A stretch of DNA of 64,000 nucleotides from an uncultured Gemmatimonadaceae bacterium (GTDB taxonomy: Bacteria; Gemmatimonadota; Gemmatimonadetes; Gemmatimonadales; Gemmatimonadaceae). Positions 37,761 through 47,446 of this stretch are shown here, piece by piece (the first letter of the stretch is position 1; every line of letters starts with the position of its first letter). The DNA lies in NCBI GenBank assembly GCA_963761305.1, contig CAVXGK010000001.1, positions 1,184,001 to 1,248,000 of the forward strand. Direction: 5' to 3'. The notes under the pieces were generated by a model, which was given only the letters and a program-made list of their open reading frames with translations, was not told where the DNA came from and made no database searches. The translations under genes were made by a program, and so were the position numbers.

Positions 37761-38186
37761 ACCACGGACCTCTACGCCGAGTTGGACCGTGTCACGCCCG
37801 ACTCGCTCAAGTACGTGCTGACGGATCTCTTCACCGAGATGACGTTCTGCGACAACAAGGCCGACACCGCCACGACGACCAAGCGCGCCGACGGGACGTG
37901 GGCCGTCCATCTCGTGCTCGATGCGAAGAGACTCAAGGGCGACTCACTCGGCACGACGCACGAAGTGCCGATCGCCGACTACATCGACGTCGGGGTGTTC
38001 GGCGACCGCGTGCCGGGCCAGAAGCTCGGCGAACCGCTGCTGGTGAAGAAGGTGAAGATCACACAGTCGGTGACGGTGCTCGATCTCGTCGTGGCGAAGG
38101 AGCCGCACAAGGCGGGGATCGATCCGTACAACAAACTCATCGACCGCACGCCCGAGGACAACGTGACCGCGGTAAAGCGGCAATAG
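37761..38186 (+). pseudogene. Orphan C-terminal fragment of an M1 aminopeptidase/ABC-permease fusion protein
   Basis: TTDLYAELDRVTPDSLKYVLTDLF...YIDVGVF...AGIDPYNKLIDRTPEDN matches the extreme C-terminus recalled for that family; no room upstream for the rest of the gene. Confidence 0.65.
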
Positions 38187-38299
38187 GAACGCGGCCGGTG
38201 ATCTCAGCTTGGTTGGCGGCACCATCGCACCGGATGGCGCGTTCACCGCACCATACGCGCTGATCACCCCTCTTTTCGCCGCGATTGCCGCTGTTTGAG

Positions 38300-38510
38300 C
38301 AAATGATCACCGGACCGGTCGCGCCGGTTGCCGATTTGGTTGCGCCGGTCGACGCATCAGACGCGCCTGGCAGTCGGACGGTTGCGACGGTCAACGCGTT
38401 GGCCGAGCCGGCCATTCGACCCGTCGTGACGATCAACGCATTGGAACGCGTCGTCACCGCATCGATCGAAACCGTCAGCCGACCTGTCGTCTGCGTCCCC
38501 GATGCTCTCA
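38300..38510. repeat. Degenerate 21-bp periodic repeat block (about 10 units)
   Basis: Units in phase at 38321 gcgccggttg, 38342 gcgccggtcg, 38363 gcgcctggca, 38384 gcgacggtca, 38405 gagccggcca, 38426 gtgacgatca, 38447 cgcgtcgtca, 38468 gaaaccgtca, 38489 gtctgcgtcc. Confidence 0.7.
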
Positions 38511-39240
38511 CGCACGGACACCCGGCCAGAACGCACGATCGCCGCACTCGTCCATCCAGCCGTCGGAGCGGATTAACCAGTTTTTTCAGTAGTTGGCTCG
38601 GCACCGGCCGTACCTGTTCGTGCATCCGACTCGTTTCATCGATCAACTCATCGCCACCAAGGAAAACTTCACCGCCGCCGGCGACGAGTTGGGTTTTCGG
38701 GCCGATGAGCTGACCGTTCGGGTCTAGACACCCAACCGGTTGCGTTGCAGAGATCACCGCCCACGTCGCCTGAAGTCATTGGTCGAATCGGACGATTCGA
38801 CCGGCCGACAGGAAGAATTCATCGAGAACACTGCGGGATTGATCGTACTTCACTCCGAAGGTCAATCGATTCACCCCGCGGTCATCGTTCCACACTGTGC
38901 GCAGTAGTCGACTCACTGCGCGGTCCAGCGTACTCAGTCCCGAGCTCACCGGTTCACACCTGCGAACGAATCGGCCGCAGCGCATGAGCGAGTGCCATCG
39001 TCGCCGAGCCAACCTCTCCCGCTTGCACAGGCCATCGCGACCGTCGCTCGGTTCATCGGCATTGGCCATAGGATCACCGCGCCGGCCGCTGAGCTGACGC
39101 AACCACTGCGGAATCCGGACCGGAACGCGCGCCGAGTTGTGTGGGCCGCGAGAATTGGCATCGGTCGCCATCCATCGCGCACCGCCACCGGCGCGCGAAT
39201 GACCGGTCGGCCGAGCGGAGATCGGTGCGACGGGCCGCCC

Positions 39241-39312
39241 ATCGCCACCATTCCACAGGCCATCGCCACCGTTCCGTGGTGCTTCGCCACCAACAATTGT
39301 TCAATCGCCACC
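39241..39312. repeat. 21-bp periodic repeat: constant (A/T)TCGCCACC plus 12 variable nt, four units
   Basis: atcgccacc at 39241, 39262 and 39304; ttcgccacc at 39283. Confidence 0.8.
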
Positions 39313-39372
39313 GGCTTCAGGCAGGCTTCGCGCAGCACCACCCCCCTTCCCCCATAACCCCTCGACTCTCCC

Positions 39373-39816
39373 CCCTCTACTTGTGTCTTAGCCGCGGGAC
39401 GCGTTTTGGGTACATCGCCTAACCGTCGTGAGAGGTTATCAGCGTCAGGACAGCGTCAGGGCGGGCTATAAAGTCGTTCAATCGGACTTTTGGAAGAAAC
39501 CCGAACTACTCCCGCCACTCTCGCAGCGCCGCGGGCAGCCCGGAATTAACTCAGTCTGCGAGGGGAAAACTTCAGGCCACCCAAGTGATCTCCTAGATAA
39601 ACTAGGAAAGAGATGCCAAGCGCGACTTTCCTAGGTTATCAAGGAGAGCACGGGTTCGCGCCGCGGCCTTTCGTTGATTTGCGCGCGCGTCGAGCGCCAA
39701 GAACGCGTCATTTTGACCGCTCAGGAGAAGCTAAAGTTCTCCAATAAGGCTTTTACACCTCGGCAAAAGTGCCCTGCCACCAAAACGCGGTTCGCGGATA
39801 AGACACAAGTAGAGGG
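39373..39816. mobile_element. 444-bp non-coding element with 37-bp terminal inverted repeats (MITE-like or structured RNA)
   Basis: 39373-39409 matches the reverse complement of 39780-39816 at 33/37 positions, outer 18 perfect; more AT-rich than flanks; internal 25-bp inverted repeat; no transposase. Confidence 0.7.
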
Positions 39817-39962
39817 ACGCGTGCTCGGACTGTCGTTCGCAGGTCAGCGTGGAGGCTCGGGGTGGGACTATCCTCCGCGGAAGATCCGGGCGGCTCGGGC
39901 GCGTGAACAACTACCGCGAATCGATCGGATCCGCGCGCAGATGGGCGAACAAAGGGACTGAG

Positions 39963-41312
39963 CTACGGCTTCCGGCCGGGGACGCTGTAGAGGAATCCCG
40001 TGTACTGCATCTCCTCCCACGTCTGGTCGCCCCACTTCACGTCCTTGCTCGGATCGGGATTGCTCTTGTTCGTCGCCGAGTTGTCGTACCAGGCGGTGGA
40101 CATGATCTTGGAGCCCGGCGCGAGGTCGAGCGGCTTGTCGAACAGGTAGTACGTCTGCCAGTTGAAGTCGTAGTGCGGCATGTCGAGGATGACTTCCGAC
40201 GTGCTGTCCGGCTTCACGAGCATGTAGCGCCAGCGCGTGCCGCGCAGGTGCGTGTGCGGGAAGAGGCCCCAAATGCGCACCGGCTGCCCGGCCGTGATCT
40301 CCGCCGGCACGGCGACGTCCTTCTGCCCCGCAGGAATCGTGAACGCGCCGTTTACGAACTGCGAGGCAAAGATCTCTTCCTGCGGCTTTTCGGCCGCGAA
40401 GCGGAATCCGACGCGCGAGCGATCCGTCATCTCGTGGCCGTGGGCCGTGTAGTGCATCTGGAACGTCAGGACGGTGCCGGCGCGCAAGCGGAGCGCAGTG
40501 CCCTTCGCGAACTCGACGACGTTGGTGCCCGGCGCAGTCGTGCCGATGAGCGCACCGAGACGGCGTGGCGGTGCGTGCAGCGTGTCGGTGCGCGGCGCGT
40601 CAGGTGGAATCCCCTGCGCGCGGTTGAAGATCAGGACCGGCATCACGGCCGGCGCGCCGGCGAGACGAGGGGCTGGCGCAGCCGGCGCGGCGCCGGGTAC
40701 GGGCGGCACGTTCGCGTAGACGAGGACATGGTGCACGACCTCGCGGGCACCCGGCTGAATCTCGATCGCCTGGACCCATTTGTCTTCGGTGAGATTCGTC
40801 GGGACGGTGAAGTACTGATACTCGATCATGCCGGACGCCGGGACGGTGAAATCCTCCGGCATGCTCACGACCATATCGGGCGTGCCGATCGCCCACGTGC
40901 TCGGATAGTCGGGCTTGGGCGGCAGGTCCTTCGGATCTCCTTGCTGGGCGCCGGCGGCGATCCAATCGAGAATCATCTGCTTGTCGGCGTCGGAGAGACG
41001 CCGATCGTTGCGGAAGACGCCGTGCGGACCCTCGGCGTGCCACGGCGGCATCTGGCCACTCGAGACGGCGTCTTCGATCTTGTCGGTTTGCGCCTTCGCG
41101 CTGTCGTAGTCGACGAGTGAGAAGGGACCGAGGCCGCCCGGATGGTGGCAGCTCGCGCAATTCTTGTAGACGATTGGCGCGACGTCCTTCGAGAACGTCG
41201 GCGCGGCGTGGCGCGGCGACGGACCCGATCGGCGCGCGAACGCGACGGCAATAAGTGCGGCGATGGCGACGGCGGCAAGCTGCGCGGCGCGAGTGAATCG
41301 TCGTTGAATCAT
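39963..41312 (-). CDS. Exported c-type cytochrome fused to copper type II ascorbate-dependent monooxygenase-like domains
   Basis: CASCH heme motif and MPPW; VVHH, HY, PHTH and EEM copper-ligand-like motifs as in PHM/DBH. Confidence 0.8.
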   Translation of the reverse strand: MIQRRFTRAAQLAAVAIAALIAVAFARRSGPSPRHAAPTFSKDVAPIVYKNCASCHHPGGLGPFSLVDYDSAKAQTDKIEDAVSSGQMPPWHAEGPHGVFRNDRRLSDADKQMILDWIAAGAQQGDPKDLPPKPDYPSTWAIGTPDMVVSMPEDFTVPASGMIEYQYFTVPTNLTEDKWVQAIEIQPGAREVVHHVLVYANVPPVPGAAPAAPAPRLAGAPAVMPVLIFNRAQGIPPDAPRTDTLHAPPRRLGALIGTTAPGTNVVEFAKGTALRLRAGTVLTFQMHYTAHGHEMTDRSRVGFRFAAEKPQEEIFASQFVNGAFTIPAGQKDVAVPAEITAGQPVRIWGLFPHTHLRGTRWRYMLVKPDSTSEVILDMPHYDFNWQTYYLFDKPLDLAPGSKIMSTAWYDNSATNKSNPDPSKDVKWGDQTWEEMQYTGFLYSVPGRKP

Positions 41313-41484
41313 TATGGAAGGGGCTGTCGTCGGGGAGGCATCGGGCGGATCTGTAAAGAATCGGCTTCGCGCCCGACGGCGCAAGGCTGACGGTCGCTGG
41401 GGCAAGCCGGCGCGGCCATCTGGCCGCCCTTACCGGACCCAGCGTACGTTAGCGGAGCCGTCCGACCCCTCCGATGGAGCTACA

Positions 41485-44400
41485 ATGTCCGCCTCGGTTA
41501 CATCGAACCGCGCGGCGCGCGCCGCCGCCGCGCTCGCGATCGCCGCAGTCTTCGTTGCTCCGGCGACCGCGCAACAGCCCAAGCCGATCCACTTCGCGCG
41601 CAACGCCGGCATCGCCAACGACGGCCGCGTCGCGTTCACCTACCAGGACGACATATGGCTCGTCGACGCGGACGGGTCGAATCCGCGCCGGCTCACGGTG
41701 AACGTGGCGCACGATTTTTCGCCGCGCTTTTCGCCGGACGGAAAGTGGATCGCGTTCACGAGCAACCGCACCGGCAACAACGACGTCTTCGTGATGCCGT
41801 CGACCGGCGGCGAGCCGAAGCAGATCACGTTCTTCGCAGGCGACGATCAGGCGCTTTATTGGACGCCCGACGGCAAAGGCGTCGTCATCTCGAGCAATCG
41901 GGGCGACAACGCGTGGGGCTCGCCGCTCTACGTCCAACCCGTCGACGGCGGAATCGCCAAGCCGCTCGGCATGGGCATCGCACGAGCGGGGATGATCAGC
42001 CAGGACGGCTCGATGATCGCGTTCAATCGCAACCTGCCATCCACGTGGCGAAAGGAGTATCGCGGCAACGCCGCCGCGAACATCGCCGTGATGAACGTCG
42101 GCAACGGCTCGATTCAGGAGATCACGAACACGGATCTCCAGCAGTACAAGACGTTCGAGAATAACGTGTTCCCGATGTGGGGCGCGGACGGCAACATCTA
42201 TTTCGCATCGGAGCGCGACGGCGCATTCAATCTCTGGCGGATGTCGGCGAAGGGTAGCAACGCGCAGCAGGTCACGAGCTTCAAGGAGCCCGGCGGCGTC
42301 TTCTTCCCGTCGATCTCTCCGGACGGCAAACGCATCGTCTTTCAGAATGAATTCGATCTCTACACGATCGACGTGCCGGGCGGCAGGGCGAAGAAGCTGC
42401 CGCTGGCGATGTCGTTCGACCCGAAAGAGCCCGACGTCCAGGTCCTCACCGCGACGAGTCGCGCCGAGGGATTTGGCATTTCGCCGGCGGGCGACTACAT
42501 GGCGGTCGACTACCACGGCGAGATCGTGATCGTACCGACCGAGACGGGCGTCGGCGAGAAGACGCAGGTGACCAACTCGGCGTGGCGCGAGCGGAACGAG
42601 GTCTATTCACCCGACGGCCGCAAGATCGCCTACGTGTCCGACGAAGGCGGCGAGCAACAGGTGTGGGTCTACGACATCGCCACCGCGTCACGCAAGAAAC
42701 TCTCGGCGCAGCCGGCCGAGAAGGACAACCTCGTCTGGGCGCCGAATTCGCAGAAGCTGGCCTACGGCGCGGACAACAAGATCTACGAGGTGGACCTCGC
42801 AGCCGGTGCGCCGCGCGAGATCGCGCACAACCCGGCCGGCGGAATCACGGTGACGCAGTATTCGTCCGACGCCAACTGGCTCGTCTACAGCCGCCGCGAC
42901 GACGAACAGAACGCCGACGTCTATCTCTACGACATCAAGTCGAAGACAGAATATGACATCTCGCAAAGCCCGTGGAACGAGACGAGCGCGCAGTTGACGC
43001 CGGATGGCAAGACGGTGGTGTTCACGTCGAACCGCGACGCTGGAGTCAATCAGCTGTTCGCCGTGTCGCTGTCGCGGGTCGGGGAAGACCCGAACGATCC
43101 GCTCGTGCGCGAGCGAGTTCGACGCGCCACCGCAGGCGCCGGCCGAGGCGGCCGGGGCGGCGCGGACTCGGCGACGATGGAGGCGAGCATTCACGTCGAC
43201 TTGAAGGGCATTGAGCGTCGCGCGACTCAACTCACGCGCGGCGGCACGGGCGTGGGTGCGTTCTTCTTCTCGCGCGATGGACGCACGATCTACTTCTCGA
43301 CGGGCGGCTTCGGTGGTCGCGGCGGCGGCGGGCGAGGACGCGGCGGCGCGGCGGGTGCGGCGGAATCCGACGCCGGACTCTACTCCGTTGGCATCGACGG
43401 ACGCGATCGGCGTCGCATCGCGGCAGGCACGTTCGCCGGCATGCAGCCCACGGCCGATCGTCGCGCGATCTACTTCCGCGGCGCGGTGCGCGCGCCGGCC
43501 GGCGACGATGCACCTCCGCCGGGACGCGGCGGAGCGGGCGCGGAAGTCGGGTTCCCGATTGAGCGATTGACGATCGGTGCAGGTGCCGGCGGCACGGCTG
43601 CGGTGGGCGGCGGCGGGGTGCGTGGACCCACCGCTGCCGGCACGGCGGGCGGGGCGGCCGGCGAACAGATCAACTTCACGTTCAACGTGCGCGTCGATCG
43701 TCGCGACGAGTGGAAGCAGATACTCGACGAGTCGTATCGCGTGATGAAGTACCGCTACTACGACGCGACGATGCACGGCAAGGACTGGGCGGCGATTTAT
43801 GCTCGATACGCGACGCTCCTTCCTGACGCCGGCACGAACGAGGACGTCTACGACATCGCCAACGCGATGATCGGCGAGCTCAGTACGTCGCACACCGGCG
43901 TGACCGGTCCGGCGAGCGTCGCGATGCCGGCGGTCTACACAACGCGCTATCTCGGATTCGAGATGGAGCCGGCGGGTACGCATTATCGCGTGAGCCACGT
44001 CTATCGCGACGGTCCGGCCGACAAGGAGTGGATCGACATCAACGTCGGCGACTACGTCCAGTCGATCGACGGCAAGGACGTGAAAGCCGGCGACGACTAC
44101 TGGAAGATCTTGAGCGAGGCCGAGAACGAGTACGTGCCCGTGAAGGTTTCCAAAGCGGCCGACGGTGCGAATGCGAAGACGTATCGCATCGCGACGACGA
44201 CCAACATGACGAACATCAAATACGAGGAGTGGGTCGCCAACAACCGCGACTCGGTCGACAAGGCGACCAACGGGCAGATCGCGTACGTGCACATCCGCGC
44301 GATGGATCAGCCGTCGCTCGAGCGGTTCGAGAACGAGATCGACCGCTTCTGGCAGAAGAAGGGCATCATCATCGACATCCGGAACAACGGCGGCGGTAAC

Positions 44401-44883
44401 ATCGACCAGGAGCTGCTCGACATCCTCGAGCGACAGCCATACGAGTTCTGGAACAATAGAAATGGCTCGCGCACGTGGGGCCGCCGTCCGCGCCAGGCGA
44501 TCGTGGGGCCGAAGGTCATGATGATCAACTACCGGTCGGTCTCCGACGCCGAAGTCACGCCGCAGGGATTCCGCACGCTCGGGCTCGGCAAGCTCGTCGG
44601 AAATCCGACCTCGGCGCAGGTGATCGCGACCGGGAGCTACAACCTCATCAACGGCGGCGCGATTCGCACGCCGGGCTCGCTCGTCATCTCATGGGACGCG
44701 TCGAAGCCGAACAACTACGGATTCGATCTCGAGAACCACGGTATTCCGCCGGACGTGTGGGTGAAGAACTCACCCGACGACGACGCCAAGGGCATCGACC
44801 GCGAGTTGAAGACGGCGATCGACGAGGCGATGCGGATGCTCAAGGCCGGCCCCAAGGTTCAGGCGACGCAGCAACAGAAGTAG
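41485..44883 (+). CDS. Tricorn-like S41 protease (beta-propellers, PDZ, S41 domain)
   Basis: Signal peptide, PD40 repeats (FSPDGK), MIGELSTSH, IDIRNNGGG, SVSDAE catalytic-Ser region, ENHGIPPD. Confidence 0.92.
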   Translation: MSASVTSNRAARAAAALAIAAVFVAPATAQQPKPIHFARNAGIANDGRVAFTYQDDIWLVDADGSNPRRLTVNVAHDFSPRFSPDGKWIAFTSNRTGNNDVFVMPSTGGEPKQITFFAGDDQALYWTPDGKGVVISSNRGDNAWGSPLYVQPVDGGIAKPLGMGIARAGMISQDGSMIAFNRNLPSTWRKEYRGNAAANIAVMNVGNGSIQEITNTDLQQYKTFENNVFPMWGADGNIYFASERDGAFNLWRMSAKGSNAQQVTSFKEPGGVFFPSISPDGKRIVFQNEFDLYTIDVPGGRAKKLPLAMSFDPKEPDVQVLTATSRAEGFGISPAGDYMAVDYHGEIVIVPTETGVGEKTQVTNSAWRERNEVYSPDGRKIAYVSDEGGEQQVWVYDIATASRKKLSAQPAEKDNLVWAPNSQKLAYGADNKIYEVDLAAGAPREIAHNPAGGITVTQYSSDANWLVYSRRDDEQNADVYLYDIKSKTEYDISQSPWNETSAQLTPDGKTVVFTSNRDAGVNQLFAVSLSRVGEDPNDPLVRERVRRATAGAGRGGRGGADSATMEASIHVDLKGIERRATQLTRGGTGVGAFFFSRDGRTIYFSTGGFGGRGGGGRGRGGAAGAAESDAGLYSVGIDGRDRRRIAAGTFAGMQPTADRRAIYFRGAVRAPAGDDAPPPGRGGAGAEVGFPIERLTIGAGAGGTAAVGGGGVRGPTAAGTAGGAAGEQINFTFNVRVDRRDEWKQILDESYRVMKYRYYDATMHGKDWAAIYARYATLLPDAGTNEDVYDIANAMIGELSTSHTGVTGPASVAMPAVYTTRYLGFEMEPAGTHYRVSHVYRDGPADKEWIDINVGDYVQSIDGKDVKAGDDYWKILSEAENEYVPVKVSKAADGANAKTYRIATTTNMTNIKYEEWVANNRDSVDKATNGQIAYVHIRAMDQPSLERFENEIDRFWQKKGIIIDIRNNGGGNIDQELLDILERQPYEFWNNRNGSRTWGRRPRQAIVGPKVMMINYRSVSDAEVTPQGFRTLGLGKLVGNPTSAQVIATGSYNLINGGAIRTPGSLVISWDASKPNNYGFDLENHGIPPDVWVKNSPDDDAKGIDRELKTAIDEAMRMLKAGPKVQATQQQK

Positions 44884-44910
44884 ACGGTCGATTCTGGCCG
44901 GAATGCGTGG

Positions 44911-46321
44911 TCACCCACCCCGACGCCGCGGCGGCGTCGGGGCCCACGCGGCCGTGTCGGCAGCGCTCGCCGGACCGATCTTCCCTTCGACCGATTTCAT
45001 CAGCGCGTCGGGATCGTAGACGCGTCCCGCTTTGATGACGACGCGCGGCAGCCGCGCGCGCCGGATGTCGGCGAGCGGATCGCCGCGCACCACGACCAAG
45101 TCCGCCCACTTCCCCGCCTCGATCGTTCCAAGCCGGTCGCCGAGTCCCATGGCGCGCGCGCTGTTGATGGTCGCGATCTTGAGGACGGCGGCGTTGGGAA
45201 TTCCCGACAGCGACAGCGAGAGCAACTCGCGGTGCACCGAGAACGGCGTGAAGAACTCGCCCCAACTCGGATGGTCGGTGCCAAGCGTGATCCAGTCCGC
45301 GCCGCCGGCGTCGTAGAACGCTTTTACTTCCTGGCGCTTCGTCCAATAGATGTTCTCGAACTGCTGATTCACCGCCCGCGGCGGCCGCGCATCGTACAGG
45401 CCGCGCATGTACGGCGTGAGGAATTTCTTTTCGTCCACGAAGTACGTGAACACCTCGGGGTCCTTCTTCCCGAAGTAGCCGTACGCGCTGAGCGTGGCAT
45501 CGTAGTAGACGTGGTGCTCGAGAAACAATGCCGCGATCCGCTTGAACTCCGGCGTGTCGAACGTCATGTGCTCGTACGACGCGTAGGCCGAGCGATCGGG
45601 GGTGAACGCGTCGCCGCCCATGAAGTGCTCGATGCGGTCGATGCCCATGAGGATCGCGTCGCGCGGGTTCACGCTCGTGCCGAACCCGGAGTCGAGGTGC
45701 CCGGTGACGGTGAGGCCGTGGAGATGCGCGCGCTCGACGAGCGCTTTCAGTTGATCCGGCGCGATTCCCTTTGCCTTGAATCCTTTGACGCCCGCCTCCG
45801 CCCAATGATCCACCTCGGCGTAGATCTCATCGCGCGTGATGTTGCGATTCCAACCGGGACGCGCGGTGCCGAAGTACGGGCCGGAACTGAGCAGTCGCGG
45901 ACCCGGCTCGCTGCCGTTCTCGATGCGGATGCGCAGATCGCGCATCGCGTCCGGATCCATCTCGCCGGCGGGGAACGTCGCGGTGACGCCGTTCGCCAGA
46001 AAGAGCGACGGATACGCGACCGTCTCGTCCTTTGCGGCCGGCGCCGAACAATTCCATCGCGTAGTGCGCGTGCAAGTCGAACAGGCCCGGAATCACCGTC
46101 TCGGTGTCGGCCATCTGCACACGCTCGGCGTCCGGCGCGGCGATCGACAGGTCCCCGCCAACGCGAAGAAATTTGCCAGCGCGGATGAGAATCCCGGGAT
46201 TTCGTACGCGCGCGTTGCCGGTCGCGGCGAAGAGCCAGCCGCCGGTGACGACGACGTCGCGCTCTTGAGCGCGTGCGAGACCCGAAAGGAGGACCAGCAG
46301 GAAAAGCGTGTAGCGTTTCAT
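44911..46321 (-). CDS. Exported amidohydrolase family protein, frameshift near 46030
   Basis: IPGLFDLHAH in the N-terminal frame; IEH, LGTD, ATINSA, GTIEAGKWADLVV in the C-terminal frame. Confidence 0.88.
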
Positions 46322-46476
46322 GACGCGTTCGTCCTCTGCATGGCAGCGGTGCGCGAACGATGGGCGGGGTGGCGACGTCTGTCCACCCCGGCGCCGGCCC
46401 CCTTATGTTTTTCGGCGCTCCTCTCTTCCATGAACCCGCGCGCGGAACCGCCTGCCCGATGGTACGATTGATCCGC

Positions 46477-47370
46477 ATGACTCTCGAGTTCGGGCGATTC
46501 GCGCTCGTTGCCGTGATCGTCGGCGCAGGATCGGCGCCAGCCGCCGCGCAGACCGTCGCACCATCCTTGCTCGCGCGACGCTATCTCGTCGGTGATTCCG
46601 TGCACTACGCGATGGTGGCGAGCAATCAAGGGCGCACGGAGACGTTGCGGTATTCCGCCCGCGCAGACGGCGTCGTGAGCAAAGACTCCCTCGGACGGTT
46701 CGTCGAGGACCTCGAGTGGTCGCATCTCACGCGCGACGGTGCGGCCGTGGCGCTCCCCGCGGGCACCGCCGCCGTCCGCCAACGCGTCTCGCTGGCGCCG
46801 GAGGTCATGCTGCCGCCGGACGTCGCGCACGGCGATCCGCGTCTGGTCGGGCCGGTGCTCGATCTCTTCACGTTTTATGTCGATCTCTGGCTCGCGGCGA
46901 AGATGCCGCTCGCCCGGCCGGGCGATCACGTGCGCTTTCCACGTAACACGCCCAACTCGTGGGCGGATCGACACTACGTGATCCTCGGCGAAGACGCGAT
47001 CGACTTCGAGATCACGTTGCTCTCCATCGACTCGGCGAGCGGTCGCGCCAAACTCCAGGTTCGCCACGTGCCGCCGGCCACCGCGGTCGTGCACCCGCCG
47101 GTCACATGGATGCAGGCGCCGCTCTTCGACACGCCCAACAACTGGGTGCAAGTCGAGAAGTCGTCGGACACGTCGTACGTCGCCGGCGTCGGCCGCGAGA
47201 GCTTCGATGTTCAAATCGACGTGCGACTCGCCGACGGGAGCATTCTCGCGGCGACGATGGACAATCCGGTCGACGTCATGGAACGAGTGTGTCGCGACGT
47301 GGCGCTGACGTTGTGCAGCGAGCCGCGTCGATATCGGATTCTCCGCCGGATCTCGCTCGAGGCGCGCTGA
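46477..47370 (+). CDS. Hypothetical exported protein
   Basis: Signal peptide ending APAAA-Q; beta-rich protein-like sequence. Confidence 0.7.
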   Translation: MTLEFGRFALVAVIVGAGSAPAAAQTVAPSLLARRYLVGDSVHYAMVASNQGRTETLRYSARADGVVSKDSLGRFVEDLEWSHLTRDGAAVALPAGTAAVRQRVSLAPEVMLPPDVAHGDPRLVGPVLDLFTFYVDLWLAAKMPLARPGDHVRFPRNTPNSWADRHYVILGEDAIDFEITLLSIDSASGRAKLQVRHVPPATAVVHPPVTWMQAPLFDTPNNWVQVEKSSDTSYVAGVGRESFDVQIDVRLADGSILAATMDNPVDVMERVCRDVALTLCSEPRRYRILRRISLEAR

Positions 47371-47446
47371 CGCCGTCGCGGTAACTCGCGCTATTGCGCC
47401 TTCGAGTCTCCCGGTTCCGGCCGCCGGGTATCATGTTACGGCCATC

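Noticed and set aside
39241..39312. CRISPR-like or TIGR-like array
   Set aside because: A 9-nt constant part, 12-nt variable part and four units are too short for CRISPR, the period is not the 36 nt of TIGR arrays, and no cas or Nop-domain gene is nearby.
38137..39357. Track ORFs in the periodic region as protein-coding genes
   Set aside because: Overlapping on both strands, atypical composition, no recognisable family; treated as repeat sequence.
39555..39585. Resemblance of GAGGGGAAAACTTC to the RNase P RNA GAGGAAAGUCC motif
   Set aside because: Match is poor and the 3' conserved motif was not found; no tRNA-like ends for tmRNA either.
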